DNA of 64,000 bases, taken from NCBI GenBank assembly GCA_965238275.1, contig OZ250186.1, forward strand, positions 1,568,001 to 1,632,000, written 5' to 3'. The notes beneath the pieces are model-generated. The model was given only the letters and a program-made list of their open reading frames with translations, ran no database searches and was not told where the DNA came from. Both the position numbers and the translations under genes were made by a program. Of the stretch, positions 10,908 to 21,950 are shown one piece after another; the first letter of the stretch is position 1; each line of letters starts with the position of its first letter. This DNA is from Nitrosopumilus sp. GTDB taxonomy: Archaea > Thermoproteota > Nitrososphaeria > Nitrososphaerales > Nitrosopumilaceae.

Positions 10908-12272
10908 ATGATAAGGCGTCTGCTGCTACCTGCATTTGTGGCAATCCTTATTGCAGTTGGTGCTGCTACCCCTGTGTGGGCCGCGCAGCTAGAAGTTTTA
11001 ATCAACCCTGACACTGAGTCATCACCATTTCATATAAGATACCAAAAGACTGTCTTTGTAGAGTACCCAGAAGACGGGCAGATACACGACCAGCTTGCCG
11101 GACAAGAGTGGGTCGTTGCAGGCATTGTGGATTCTTCAAACCCAGACGTCCAGAACCTTATGGGTCATCTCAACCAGAACATATTTGACGCAGGAAGCCA
11201 GGCATCAGTCTCTTATCTCGAAGTATCCTATAACATTCACCTCCAGCCGTTTGGCGACCATACGTCGATTGACTACACTGTGATTCTGGAAGGAACGATG
11301 TCCAACTATCTCATCACGCAGGATTCCCAGAGGTCGCTGATTGATATGGGCTGGAGGGGACTCAGTGCATATGATCCGGTTGTTATTGATGGCGTAGAGA
11401 TCAACCTGCCGATCAGCATACTAGAATCCCACTCACCCGAGACGTACGGACTTCTTGCAGGGACCGCAGCAGACGACGTCCTTACAATACCCCTTATCAA
11501 TGCTGATTTCATACTGGAACAGCCCATGACCAACTGGCACTTTCTGTTCGATCCCACCGGAATCAACGTCGACGCCGGAACGTTTGGTTTGAGTGACGAG
11601 ATCGCAGGTCACGTAGTCAGCGCATGGACCATGGGCGAGAGCAGCATTCGTGAAGGAATCCAGACCGAGCGCGAATTTGAGGCGACCATCACACTTGACC
11701 GGGAATACACAATCAGGAGTCTGCAGTCTGCAGACAACGCAGTCGTTCGGGTGCTGGGCTTTGGCACGCTGGACATACTTGACGGTGTAGAAATTGCAGG
11801 CGTTACCCCCCTGGCTCCGGAGGGCTTTGGTACCACATCCACTGGCGACTTTCCCATATTCATCATATACGGTATGGCAGGACTTGCAGCCGTAGCCGGA
11901 ATCGGATTCTTCTTTATAAGCAACAGATCCCTCAAGAACCAGCAGACAGAGCAGCAGGGAATTGATCCAAACCGGCTGGTGGGATATCAGACCAGCGCCT
12001 CATCCGGAGGATACCAGACCAACAGGGGCGAGGCACAGCTAAAGGACGACACTGACTATAAACAAACCAGAAACGTCTATGACGGATCCTCACAGGATGC
12101 TCCCCGGCCATCTGCTGCAACCCCTACAGTGTCTGATGCGACATGCGGCTGTTCTGCTTCTGCAGAGATGGGATCCGAGTGCGACTGCCAGATGCAGAGC
12201 TCCTGCCTGTGCGATGCCACATGCGACTGCGGCGCAAGCCTCTGCCGGGAAAACGCCGACATGATGAGATAG
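10908..12272 (+). CDS. Membrane-anchored surface protein with Cys-rich cytoplasmic tail (paralog 1)
   Basis: Signal peptide, acidic ectodomain, TM helix (IIYGMAGLAAVAGIGFFF), C-terminal 9-Cys cluster; ORF is open from 10893. Confidence 0.8.
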   Translation: MIRRLLLPAFVAILIAVGAATPVWAAQLEVLINPDTESSPFHIRYQKTVFVEYPEDGQIHDQLAGQEWVVAGIVDSSNPDVQNLMGHLNQNIFDAGSQASVSYLEVSYNIHLQPFGDHTSIDYTVILEGTMSNYLITQDSQRSLIDMGWRGLSAYDPVVIDGVEINLPISILESHSPETYGLLAGTAADDVLTIPLINADFILEQPMTNWHFLFDPTGINVDAGTFGLSDEIAGHVVSAWTMGESSIREGIQTEREFEATITLDREYTIRSLQSADNAVVRVLGFGTLDILDGVEIAGVTPLAPEGFGTTSTGDFPIFIIYGMAGLAAVAGIGFFFISNRSLKNQQTEQQGIDPNRLVGYQTSASSGGYQTNRGEAQLKDDTDYKQTRNVYDGSSQDAPRPSAATPTVSDATCGCSASAEMGSECDCQMQSSCLCDATCDCGASLCRENADMMR

Positions 12273-12546
12273 CAGACGTGCCAGTCTAGGCGATACTGGA
12301 GCAACCCTCTGTTTTGGCGATATTTTGCTTTGCAGCCCTGCCTGTTGCGGGAATCTGTTTGGCCTTGTCCCATGCAGCCATTTCTTGCTACTGCGTGATG
12401 CAGCGCGTGGGTTTGCCGGGTTCATCCCCGCTGTCCATCTGATTCATGCAATCCTGTACGGTGCGCCTGGGCACTTTCAGAGGCATACCCTGGATTATCA
12501 TCTTGTTTTATAGTAGGTTTATTAGCGGAATTTGTGCAAGTTTGTC

Positions 12547-13911
12547 GTGGCAGGTCAATTGGTACTACCTGTATTTGTCGCAATCCTGATCATGGTTGGC
12601 GCATCCGCTCCTGCGTGGGCAGCCCAATTAGACGTTGTGATTAACCCTAATACTGAATCATCCCCATTTCATATAACGCACCAAAAGACTGTCTTTATAG
12701 AGTATCCAGAAGACGGGCAGATATTTGACTACCTGAGTGGACAGGAATGGGTGGTTGAAGGTACTGCAGACTCCTCAAGCCCAGATACCCAGGATCTTAT
12801 ACGCCAGCTCAACCAGAACATATTTGATTCAGGAAGCCAGGCATTCATCACTGATCTTGAAGTATCCTATGACATTCACCTCCAGCCGTTTGGCGACCAT
12901 ACGTCGATTGACTATACAGTGGTTCTGGAAGGAACGATATCCAACTATCTCATCACAAGGGATTCCCAGCAGGCCCTGATTGATCTGGGCTGGAGGGGAC
13001 TCAGTGCGCATGACCCGGTTGTAATTGATGGCGTAGAGATCAACCTGCCGTTCAGCATACTAGAATCCCACTCACCCGAGACGTACGGACTTCTTGCAGG
13101 AACCGCAGCAGACGACGTCCTTACAAGACCCCTTATCAATGCCGATTTCATACTGGAACTGCCCCTTGTCGACTGGCACTTTCTGTTTGATCCCACGGGA
13201 ATCGGCGTTGATGCCGAAACGTTTGGCCTGAGTGAGGAGATCTCCGGGTTTGTCCTTAGCAAGTGGACCATGGGCTTGAGTGACATTATAATAGGAGTCC
13301 AAGGTGAGCGTGAATTTGAGGCCGTTGTGACACTTGACAGGGAATACACCGTCAGAAGCCTGCAGTCTGCAGACAATGCATCCATCCAGGTGGTGGGCTT
13401 TGGTGCGCTAGGTACGTTGGATGGCATTGAGATTGCAGGAGTTACCCCCAATCCTCCACCGGATTATTTCAACCCCGCCACTGGCAAGTTTCCAATATTC
13501 ATCATATACGGCATGGCAGGAGTTGCAGCCGTTGCCGGAATAGGATTCTTCTTTGTAAGCAACAGATCCCTCAAGAACCAGCAGACAGAGCAGCAGGGAA
13601 TTGATCCAAACCGGCTGGTGGGATATCAGACCAGCGCCTCATCCGGAGGATACCAGACCAACAGGGGCGAGGCGCAGCTAAAGGACGACACTGACTATAA
13701 ACAAACCAGAAACGTCTATGACGGATCCTCACAGGATGCTCCCCGGCCATCTGCTGCAACGCCTGCAGTGTCTGATGCGACATGCGGCTGTTCTGCTTCT
13801 GCAGAGATGGGCTCCGAGTGCGACTGCCAGATGCAGAGCTCCTGCCTGTGCGATGCCACATGCGACTGCGGCGCAAGCCTCTGCCGGGAAAACGCCGACA
13901 TGATGGGCTAG
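12547..13911 (+). CDS. Membrane-anchored surface protein with Cys-rich tail (paralog 2, tandem duplicate)
   Basis: Same length and architecture as paralog 1, offset 1639 bp; GTG start at the equivalent position. Confidence 0.8.
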   Translation: MAGQLVLPVFVAILIMVGASAPAWAAQLDVVINPNTESSPFHITHQKTVFIEYPEDGQIFDYLSGQEWVVEGTADSSSPDTQDLIRQLNQNIFDSGSQAFITDLEVSYDIHLQPFGDHTSIDYTVVLEGTISNYLITRDSQQALIDLGWRGLSAHDPVVIDGVEINLPFSILESHSPETYGLLAGTAADDVLTRPLINADFILELPLVDWHFLFDPTGIGVDAETFGLSEEISGFVLSKWTMGLSDIIIGVQGEREFEAVVTLDREYTVRSLQSADNASIQVVGFGALGTLDGIEIAGVTPNPPPDYFNPATGKFPIFIIYGMAGVAAVAGIGFFFVSNRSLKNQQTEQQGIDPNRLVGYQTSASSGGYQTNRGEAQLKDDTDYKQTRNVYDGSSQDAPRPSAATPAVSDATCGCSASAEMGSECDCQMQSSCLCDATCDCGASLCRENADMMG

Positions 13912-14229
13912 CTAGATGTGTGTGCTGGGAGTAACCCTCCTTCTGTTTTCACGATATTTCGCTTTGCGGCCTACCTGAACCTGCTACAGGCATCTGTGGT
14001 TCTGTTTGGCCTTGCTCCATGCGGGTCGGCTTGTTTCATTCCGTTTATGGAAACCTCAGGTTCTACCATCACCGTGCGCCATATTGGATCTTTTCTGCTC
14101 CGTTGCCAGCCATCTCTGACTATCCATCTCCGGATCACATCTCCTGTACGGAGGGAGGAGTTTCCTCTGCCGTGGCAGCGTGTCGTGCTCCAGCTCACAC
14201 CATGTCCTGGCACCCATTGAATTTGAGTA

Positions 14230-14868
14230 TTACTCTTTGGGCCTGACGCCTGTAATGAAGAGCGTTCCAAGATCCCTCTTCCAATTCTCTGCATCTGACG
14301 GATCCGTCACCTGCCTCGTGTGCACGGTAAATCCGGCCCCCTGAAAAAGGGCCACCCACTGGTCCCTTGAATACAGGTGCATCCGAACCTTCATGTTCTC
14401 TGCCCATCCTGCAGTGGCGCGGTTCTCAGTGTAAAAATCAGTTCCGCAAAAGAACGCCCCTCCTGGCTTTACCAGCCTGTATATCCTTGGAGGAGGATCA
14501 AGCGCAGTTTTAACCGAGTCTGCATAGTACAGGGACTCCATTGAGAAGACATAGTCAAATGTTTCCCCGTACCCCCAGGACTCGATGTCCGTGTGGATAA
14601 ATGACTCCTTTTTGCTCCGGGCCTTTTTTGCAGCCTGCGCAACCATGCTGCCGCTCTTGTCTATTCCGACTGCCTTTGTACAGTTTTTATGCCCTGCAAT
14701 CATCCTGACCACCCATCCATTCCCGCAGCCGACATCCAGAAATGTAAACGGATGATCAAAGGAAACATCCTGAAGAAACCCTGTGACGTTCCTGCCATGT
14801 CCCTTTTCTAGAATCTCGGCTTTCCCGTTCAGGGCCCAGCTGTCAAACGTCCTCTCGACTGCATCCAC
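14230..14868 (-). CDS. Class I SAM-dependent methyltransferase
   Basis: FLDVGCGNG, GIDKS, FDYVFSMESLYY; GTG start inferred (ORF is open from 14916). Confidence 0.88.
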   Translation of the reverse strand: MDAVERTFDSWALNGKAEILEKGHGRNVTGFLQDVSFDHPFTFLDVGCGNGWVVRMIAGHKNCTKAVGIDKSGSMVAQAAKKARSKKESFIHTDIESWGYGETFDYVFSMESLYYADSVKTALDPPPRIYRLVKPGGAFFCGTDFYTENRATAGWAENMKVRMHLYSRDQWVALFQGAGFTVHTRQVTDPSDAENWKRDLGTLFITGVRPKE

Positions 14869-15025
14869 ATGCATGCAGCCTGTGCTCCTCTTAATCTTCT
14901 TTTGCCGGCCGGGCATTGCAGGGGTGATTCACGGTTTGCCGGTTTGGCCATATGTCGGGATGCGGGCAGTTCAGGAATACTGCCATGCCCCATGTCATCT
15001 TGTCGGTGTGCGGCCGCATCCGGCT

Positions 15026-16249
15026 TTAGCGTTGTGCGGCGCGTCTTCTTACCATGCCAAGCAGCTGCCTCACGGCAAGCCTTGGATGGTTTCTGGTGAG
15101 CCTGATTATATATGACAGGCCAAACTCGGCCCTTATAAAATCCAGAAACTCGTCTGGCTTTAGCTCGTTGATGACGTTGAGCTCCTCGTCCCACTCCCTG
15201 TCTGAGAATCCAATCCACCTGTTCTGGATGCCTCCTGCGGAGTTTATCTTTGACTCTATCCCGCTTCTCCACTCCTCCTCATACCTGTACATGCTGTCCC
15301 TGTCGGTTCTTCCGGTTCTTGCCGCATCCGATGCGACCTTTCCTGCGGTTCTGCCGTACCTTATGGCATACCTGATGCCCTCTAGCACCAGCGGGTTTGC
15401 CTGTCCTGCAGAATCACCCACCATGATCAGGTTGTTAAAGACTGTCCTTCGCACAAGCCCGTCGTTTGGAATCATGCCGTAGTGAAACTCTATTGGCGTT
15501 ATCCTGCCCAGTTTTTTTATGGGTCCAGTTTTGTCCCTTATCAAGTCCTTGAGCCTCTGCGTGGGGTCTATGTCAGATTCGGGTTTCCCCACACCCACCC
15601 CAATCCTTACAATGTCCCCCCCGACAGGAAAGATCCACGCGTATCCTGCAGGGGAATACTTTTGCCCCACCATCAGCCACCATGTATCCGGATCCGCATT
15701 CTCCACCCTGGCCTCGTACTCTGCCCCGGCACCAAACCTCTTCCACTTGGGTGCAAGATTCATTGCCCTGCACACTACAGACGAAAACCCGCTTGCATCA
15801 ATTATCACCTTTCCGTGGAACGTGACCTCCCCGTCAGGCCCCGTCCCGCTTACTCCTGCAATGTCGCCGCTCTTATTCCTGATGATGCCTGTAACGTTGG
15901 TTTTGACCATGATCTCTGCACCCGCCTTTCGTGCCTCCTCTGCCAGCCATCTGTACGTCCCCCTCACGTCCAGCACCGCCGCCCTTGGAACCGCATCTGT
16001 GATGGTGACTTCGTTGTTTGGAGAGCAGAACGAGAAGTTTTTTACAGGATTAAAACACTCGTCGGGAATTCCAAACTCCCTGATATCCTGAATCCATGTG
16101 ACGCCGCTGGTCCTGACGCTCTCTGCAATGGCGCCCTCCTTCTCCAGCAGGACCACGCTTGCCCCGTTTTTTGCAGCCGCATATGCTGCAGAGGATCCTG
16201 CCGGACCTCCCCCCACGACTACTACGTCATAATGATACTCTGCTGGCAA
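15026..16249 (-). CDS. Geranylgeranyl reductase family FAD oxidoreductase
   Basis: GGGPAG, IDASG, GYAWIFP, VGDSAG..NPL..EGI. Confidence 0.88.
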   Translation of the reverse strand: MPAEYHYDVVVVGGGPAGSSAAYAAAKNGASVVLLEKEGAIAESVRTSGVTWIQDIREFGIPDECFNPVKNFSFCSPNNEVTITDAVPRAAVLDVRGTYRWLAEEARKAGAEIMVKTNVTGIIRNKSGDIAGVSGTGPDGEVTFHGKVIIDASGFSSVVCRAMNLAPKWKRFGAGAEYEARVENADPDTWWLMVGQKYSPAGYAWIFPVGGDIVRIGVGVGKPESDIDPTQRLKDLIRDKTGPIKKLGRITPIEFHYGMIPNDGLVRRTVFNNLIMVGDSAGQANPLVLEGIRYAIRYGRTAGKVASDAARTGRTDRDSMYRYEEEWRSGIESKINSAGGIQNRWIGFSDREWDEELNVINELKPDEFLDFIRAEFGLSYIIRLTRNHPRLAVRQLLGMVRRRAAQR

Positions 16250-16284
16250 CTGATGGGCATTTCAATTACAGTTTAAAGTAGGTA

Positions 16285-16560
16285 TTGGTAATGCTGTTGC
16301 ACGAACGAGGGCCCCAACCTGCATTTGATCTCTCTATTCCAGAACCATCGAATGATGTCGAGCCGTTTATGGCATCGCTTATGGCATATGAAAAGGAGCA
16401 TTCCCGGCTAAACATGCTGAAATTACTGGCATATGCGGCGGCTGCCTCAAGCAACCATGAGGAAGATGTTATTGAGAAAAAAATCCAAAGTTACCGTGGC
16501 ATGTTCGGTTCCATCCCGGATGATCTTCTGATGCTACTTGAGAGCAGGGATGATACCTGA
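16285..16560 (+). CDS. Hypothetical protein
   Basis: 91-aa ORF with protein-like composition; no family recognised. Confidence 0.4.
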   Translation: MVMLLHERGPQPAFDLSIPEPSNDVEPFMASLMAYEKEHSRLNMLKLLAYAAAASSNHEEDVIEKKIQSYRGMFGSIPDDLLMLLESRDDT

Positions 16561-17196
16561 GTATATTTTGGGAATTAACGCGCAATTGGGAGGCATCTTG
16601 CAGGATTTTAGACCAAAGTCAACCGTTAAATTACTACCGAGGGTGGTACTGCCGGTGCGCTTTGATCTCAGAATACCATACCTGGTAATAATATCGCCAA
16701 ATGCCGCATTTGCACGCATTAAAGACGGCAATGGCATGTATTTTGGACAGGCTGTTGTAATATTTTTGATCGGAGCAATCCTTGGCGCCGTCATCACATC
16801 ATCACATATCTTCATCGGGCAATTGGAGTTATCAAGCCAGGCTAGTCTGTGGTGGCAGATGATATCAATTCTGACAAGCGGTGTGACCCTACCAGTGATA
16901 ATTCACATTGCAGGAAAGATATTTGGCGGTAACCGGTGTTGGAAACTGACGTTTGATGCAATCTTTCACATACATGTTTTGTACATCTTGCTAGCGGCGG
17001 TTCTATTTGGGCTGGTTGGTACATTCTGGTCGTATTACTCAATCCCCTTTGATTTATCCGCGCCGTCAATCGCGCCCGACTTCTTTTCCTCTATCTCTTT
17101 TCTGTATAATGTAGTCTCAATCTCATTAGAAAATATGCGTAATCCCCCTGTTCACATCGATAAATTTAGATCAGGCACGATCGCGTCTCACATCAA

Positions 17197-18555
17197 ATGC
17201 CAGACTCGCCTGATCAGATCATGCACAGATTGGAACAGGAAAACAGAAGCCTAAAAAATATTCTAAAGCAGAAAGACAAAAAGCTGGAACAGAAAGACAA
17301 AAAGCTGGAACAGAAAGACAAAAAGCTGGAACAGAAAGACAAAAAGCTGGAACAGAAAGACAAAAAGCTGGAACAGAAAGACAAAACCCTAAAAAATATT
17401 CTAAAGCAGAAAGACAAAAAGCTGGAACAGAAAGACAGGGAGTTGGGCCTTGAACGCGGCCTGTGGAAGAGCAGGAACGATGGCTGGAACCCCGGCAAGG
17501 GGCCAGCGTTGCACCTGCTAGAGGTGCTAGACGGCATAATACGCGACGGGGACAAGCTCCGCCATGTCACGCTGGCAGACGGGGAACAGTTCCGGTACAT
17601 GCTGGAGCGGGCCAAGGTGTTTCTGACGCATTCGGGCCAGATGCCGCTGTTCCGCGATAACGCATCCCGGGTCTCCGATCCCGGAAACCGGTGCAAACTG
17701 TACCTGAGACACGCACTGCTCCTAGCACTTATCCGCAAAAAGGACAACCCCGCCCAAGGCGTGCTTGCCGCATTCTTCGGGATAGACCAGACCACCGTGT
17801 CCCGGTACATTCCGGTGATGGATGCGATGCTGGCAGGAATACTTCCGACGGCAGACAACATATCCGAGGAGGTAGCTGCTGCCCCGACCAAGGAGGATTT
17901 CAAGAAGATCGTGCCCGGGTCCGACGGGGGCGAGATATTCATAGACGGCACGCACTGCCCCGTGCAGCGCCCGTCTGTAAAGTCAGTCCGGCGCATGAAA
18001 TACTCCGGCAAGAAGAAAAAGTTCACCAACAATACCAACGTGTACGCCAACCGGGACGGGGTGGTGATCGGCATATCAAAAAGCACCGTCGGGTCAGTCG
18101 GCGACATCACGCTGCTCAAGGAACGCCCCATGCCGTTTGGAAAGTGGGAGGAGGCGATGCACGATCCGGATCTGCCAGAATCAGACAGGTGCCACCCCTT
18201 CGTCGACCGCGGCTACCAGGGAATCGCAGACCACCTGCCCGGCACCACGCCGGAGATCCCGTACAAGAAGACCAGGGACACGCCGCTGACGCCGGAGCAA
18301 AAAAAGCACAACCACAGGATCAACTCCACCCGGGTGTTGGTGGAGCACGCCATAGGCAGGCTCAAGCGCTACGCGCGTCTTGCCGACCCGTACGACGGCA
18401 ACGCGGCGCAGTTCAACCGGGAGTTCAACGTGATCACCGGGCTGGTAAACCTGAACCTTTTGTGGGACTGCATGGAAAAGGGCCCGCCACCACCGGGGCA
18501 GTGGAAGACGTCAGTAGACTGGGACAGGGCCTGCTCCCAAGCTCCGGTCAAGTAG
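17197..18555 (+). CDS. DDE_Tnp_4 transposase with N-terminal heptad repeats
   Basis: HTH FGIDQTTVSR, IDGTH, YSGKKKK, DRGYQG, RVLVEHAIGRLK. Confidence 0.92.
   Translation: MPDSPDQIMHRLEQENRSLKNILKQKDKKLEQKDKKLEQKDKKLEQKDKKLEQKDKKLEQKDKTLKNILKQKDKKLEQKDRELGLERGLWKSRNDGWNPGKGPALHLLEVLDGIIRDGDKLRHVTLADGEQFRYMLERAKVFLTHSGQMPLFRDNASRVSDPGNRCKLYLRHALLLALIRKKDNPAQGVLAAFFGIDQTTVSRYIPVMDAMLAGILPTADNISEEVAAAPTKEDFKKIVPGSDGGEIFIDGTHCPVQRPSVKSVRRMKYSGKKKKFTNNTNVYANRDGVVIGISKSTVGSVGDITLLKERPMPFGKWEEAMHDPDLPESDRCHPFVDRGYQGIADHLPGTTPEIPYKKTRDTPLTPEQKKHNHRINSTRVLVEHAIGRLKRYARLADPYDGNAAQFNREFNVITGLVNLNLLWDCMEKGPPPPGQWKTSVDWDRACSQAPVK
17250..17437 (+). repeat. 21-bp coding tandem repeat (QKDKKLE)
   Basis: CAGAAAGACAAAAAGCTGGAA x5 perfect from 17269, plus variants and a duplicated LKNILK segment. 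Confidence 0.95.
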
Positions 18556-19644
18556 AATTCAGGGCACGATGAAGTGCTGCAAGGCTGCGCACGTCATTTT
18601 GGATTTTGGGGTGAACGGACTTGCCACATACCAGACACGACTAGTTTTAGGCCGTATTTTTCCGGTTTTTTATGGCCGGGTTGGCAAAATGGGTGGATTA
18701 CGCATATCTTCTATTTGGAGTGTGGCTTCTGTTTGTGACTACAAAGGCAGTAAAGACGATAAACGCATTCGGAACCGCAAAGGCATTTGGAATTGCCCTT
18801 GTCGCCATAATCGCATCCCTGGTATTCAGCAATATTGTTGCCGGTGAGACCATAATCCCAGCAGGATAGTCATCTAACGGATTCCCGGGACCTGCTGCCT
18901 TTAGGAAGCCTGCCCTGTTAGTGCAGTGCTATTGAAAATATCACGCCAATTTTCGATATGTTCTACGTTCAAGATCTTTTGGTTGTGTGACCGGAATCTG
19001 AAAAATCCTTGGTCTTAAATGGGTAAAATATTTTGTCTGCCGCTATGAACATACCGGATTCTGCCGGTACAACAGAGAGGAATTATCCATAGTACCATAA
19101 CAGCCCAATGAAAAAAAGGGCAGCCAAGCACCGCAGATAAAATGGCCAGATCTCTTTTCCATTTGTAAGCATAAAGCCAATTGTATGCCAAGACATCAGC
19201 GGTAACAGGAATTGCAGGCATTGTAAATTGCCGGGGTTGCAAAATTATTGAGGGGAGTCAGCGGGTATTCTGACGGGTTTCCTGATGCTGATGTGTAAAT
19301 AAAGACAATTACATTAAATACAAATAAAATTAAAACTACTTCAAATAACGGGAGTCACAATATGATTGGTTCCATGTTTATAAAAAAATAGACATGTTTA
19401 GTTTGTTTTAATTATTGTTTTTTTATATCCGATTCAACTATCAAGTTATATCCGGCAACGGCCAACAAGATCCATCCACTCGATATCAGGATTATTCAAA
19501 TAACCGAATCCTATTGGTTGCCTGACCCTGTAGATGCGCCTGGACTTCCACACCATGGAAAAAATTGCATTAGTGGCATGTCTGGTCCTGACGGAACGGT
19601 GTGGCAAAATGGTTATTATTGCTTGATGCAGAGGATTCTATCAG

Positions 19645-20031
19645 ATGGGTGACTCAGAAACGTTCGGGGTTGAAAAGGGGCATGCAGAAAAGGTTGTAGC
19701 GTGGCTTAATGAGCAGACTGCATCCCAGGGAATAAAACTGGAGGCAAGGCTGTACGGGTACAGCATCTCGACTAGAAATTTTGGGGACTTTGAGATGTTC
19801 TCGTGGATGGGGGACGTGCAGGCCGCAAGGAGGATGATAATCCGGGCTAGCAAGAGATTCAGGGTCAGGGTTATCGAGGGCGGGTACAAGCCCAAGGAAA
19901 GGGTATTTAGAATGAAAAAGGTCGACTTTGCCAAGGTCAGGAGGGGTGACAAGACTATTGGACAGCTGGAGTTCGTGGCATCGAGGCTTGGAGGCGGACA
20001 GTGGGAGATCAAAGACGAGGAGCGGCACTAG
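19645..20031 (+). CDS. Hypothetical protein
   Basis: 128-aa ORF with host-like codon style, first gene of a + strand cluster. Confidence 0.7.
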   Translation: MGDSETFGVEKGHAEKVVAWLNEQTASQGIKLEARLYGYSISTRNFGDFEMFSWMGDVQAARRMIIRASKRFRVRVIEGGYKPKERVFRMKKVDFAKVRRGDKTIGQLEFVASRLGGGQWEIKDEERH

Positions 20032-20052
20032 GATGACTCGGGAGACTGCCTC

Positions 20053-20940
20053 ATGATGAGGGTGGGAATAATCGGGCTTGGCATGCTTGGGAGTGCAGTT
20101 GCCATGCATCTGCTGGATTCAGGGTTTGACGTGCTGGCATACAACCGGACCAAGGCCAAGACTGCAAAGGCCGCAGCTGCCGGCGCGCGCATCGCATCAT
20201 CGCCAATGGACGTGGCACGTGATTCTGATGTTGTAATCACGATAGTACGGGATGCAGGCGCGGTAAGGGATGTCTCGTTTGGAAACGACGGAATCGTAAA
20301 GGGGGCGCACAGGGGACTGGTTGTTGCAGACATGAGCACAGTTGATCCCTCCGAATCTGCCGACATGTCAGTCATGTTCCGGAAACACGGCATTGAAAAG
20401 ATTGACATTCCCGTAATGGGCGGCCCAAACGTGGCAGTCACCGGGGACTTGATCATGATGGCATCAGGCAGCAGGGAAGCATTCAGTAGCTGCAGGGACG
20501 TCCTTGACGGGATTGCAAGCCGGATATTCTTCCTGGGAGAAAGCGGGGTTGCACACTCTGTCAAGCTTGCCATGAACCTTCAAATCACAATGCTTGCACT
20601 GGCGCTCTCAGAAGGAATAACATTTGTCAGAAAGTCAGGCGTGGATCCCAAAAAATTCCTTGAGGTCCTAAACTCAACGTACTTTAAGACCGGCATGAGC
20701 CAGGGAAAGGCATACGGGATGATAGAGGGCATGCAGGATGCGACATTTACCCTTGCCAATCTGACAAAGGACATCAGCACCATGACGCACGCTGCAAGAG
20801 CCATGGGAATTGACCTTCCAATGATTGCAAGGGCAGAGGAGGTGTATCAGGATGCCATCAGGCATGGACTTGGCGAGATGGACTATACCGGAATCATCAG
20901 ATACATAGAAAAATCCGGACATGCTGATTCCCAGACATGA
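20053..20940 (+). CDS. 3-hydroxyisobutyrate/2-hydroxy-3-oxopropionate dehydrogenase family
   Basis: [28 protein letters not shown]. Confidence 0.9.
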   Translation: MMRVGIIGLGMLGSAVAMHLLDSGFDVLAYNRTKAKTAKAAAAGARIASSPMDVARDSDVVITIVRDAGAVRDVSFGNDGIVKGAHRGLVVADMSTVDPSESADMSVMFRKHGIEKIDIPVMGGPNVAVTGDLIMMASGSREAFSSCRDVLDGIASRIFFLGESGVAHSVKLAMNLQITMLALALSEGITFVRKSGVDPKKFLEVLNSTYFKTGMSQGKAYGMIEGMQDATFTLANLTKDISTMTHAARAMGIDLPMIARAEEVYQDAIRHGLGEMDYTGIIRYIEKSGHADSQT

Positions 20941-21128
20941 CTGCAGGCACGTTTGTCATGGCGCATTTGCAGTCATGCGCCGAAGGAGCGCTCCTGCAGG
21001 CAGAACCCGCAGAGCGCGGGAATGGCGGTGCGGCCTTCATGCCTGGCATGTGGGTGATGAGCATGAATCCGGTATTATATATAAAAATGAGCAAAAATTC
21101 TATAAAGGCCATGATATCGTATAGTGGT

Positions 21129-21890
21129 ATGAGACTTGAAGGCAAGGTTGCCGTTGTTACGGGGGCCTCAAGCGACATAGGCAAGGGAATTGTCAGCAGG
21201 TTTGTCCAAGAGGGTGCAAAGGTGGTTCTCATTGCAAGGAATCTGGACGGACTGGAAAGCGCCAGGCAGGAGATCGGAAACAAAAAGTCGACAGTATCGA
21301 TATCCTGCGATCTGCTTGACGAGTCATACACGACGCAGGTCATCAACCAGATTATGGACACGTACGGCAAGATCGACATCCTTGTAAACAATGCAGGAAC
21401 CATAAACGACCCCGTACATTTTCACACGATGCCGACCCCTGAGATTAAGAGGGTTCTTGACGTGAATCTGTTGGGAATGTTTCACATTACAAAGGCCGTG
21501 CTTGCAAAGATGTATGAGGTGAGAAGCGGATCGATTGTAAACGTCGGATCCATCTCGGGGGAGAGGGCGATACCCAGGGTGCACCTGGCAGTGTACTCTG
21601 CAACAAAGGCTGCAATATCGATGTTTACAAAATCAATTGCAGTAGAGTATGCAAGGAGAACGATCAGGTGCAACTGTGTAAATCCTGGGATAGTCAACTC
21701 CGGAATGATCAAGCCGTATCTGGATGACCCGCATGCAAGAAAGGTGCTTGAGGACAGGCTGCCGCTTGCCAGGATAGGGGAACCATCCGATGTTGCAAAC
21801 GCCGTGCTTTATCTGGCATCAGACGAGGCCCACTGGGTCACCGGGGCCATCCTGAACGTGGATGGGGGCAAGACGGCCTCCGAAGGATGA
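21129..21890 (+). CDS. Short-chain dehydrogenase/reductase
   Basis: [26 protein letters not shown]. Confidence 0.92.
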   Translation: MRLEGKVAVVTGASSDIGKGIVSRFVQEGAKVVLIARNLDGLESARQEIGNKKSTVSISCDLLDESYTTQVINQIMDTYGKIDILVNNAGTINDPVHFHTMPTPEIKRVLDVNLLGMFHITKAVLAKMYEVRSGSIVNVGSISGERAIPRVHLAVYSATKAAISMFTKSIAVEYARRTIRCNCVNPGIVNSGMIKPYLDDPHARKVLEDRLPLARIGEPSDVANAVLYLASDEAHWVTGAILNVDGGKTASEG

Positions 21891-21950
21891 TGACCATCCC
21901 CAGGCACAACATACCAGGATGGAATGTCTGGATGCCATGGTGTCCACGGG

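Larger units (their letters stand above)
17128..18712 (+). mobile_element. IS5-like (DDE_Tnp_4) insertion sequence
   Basis: TIR AGAA(A/G)ATATGCGTAATCC (17/18); 3-bp TSD ATT at 17125-27 and 18713-15. Confidence 0.9.
16538..18869 (+). pseudogene. Yip1-domain membrane protein interrupted by an IS
   Basis: IISPNAAFARIK N-terminal half and GTAKAFGI C-terminal half; removing 17128-18712 plus one ATT rejoins ...VSIS-FGVWLL... in frame. Confidence 0.85.

Noticed and set aside
10893-13911. Diversity-generating retroelement behind the paralog variation
   Set aside because: No reverse transcriptase in the window, and the differences are not adenine-specific or confined to a C-terminal VR
17214-18572. 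Long overlapping ORFs (305 aa minus, 293 aa plus) inside the IS
   Set aside because: Shadow frames of a GC-rich transposase with no recognisable motifs
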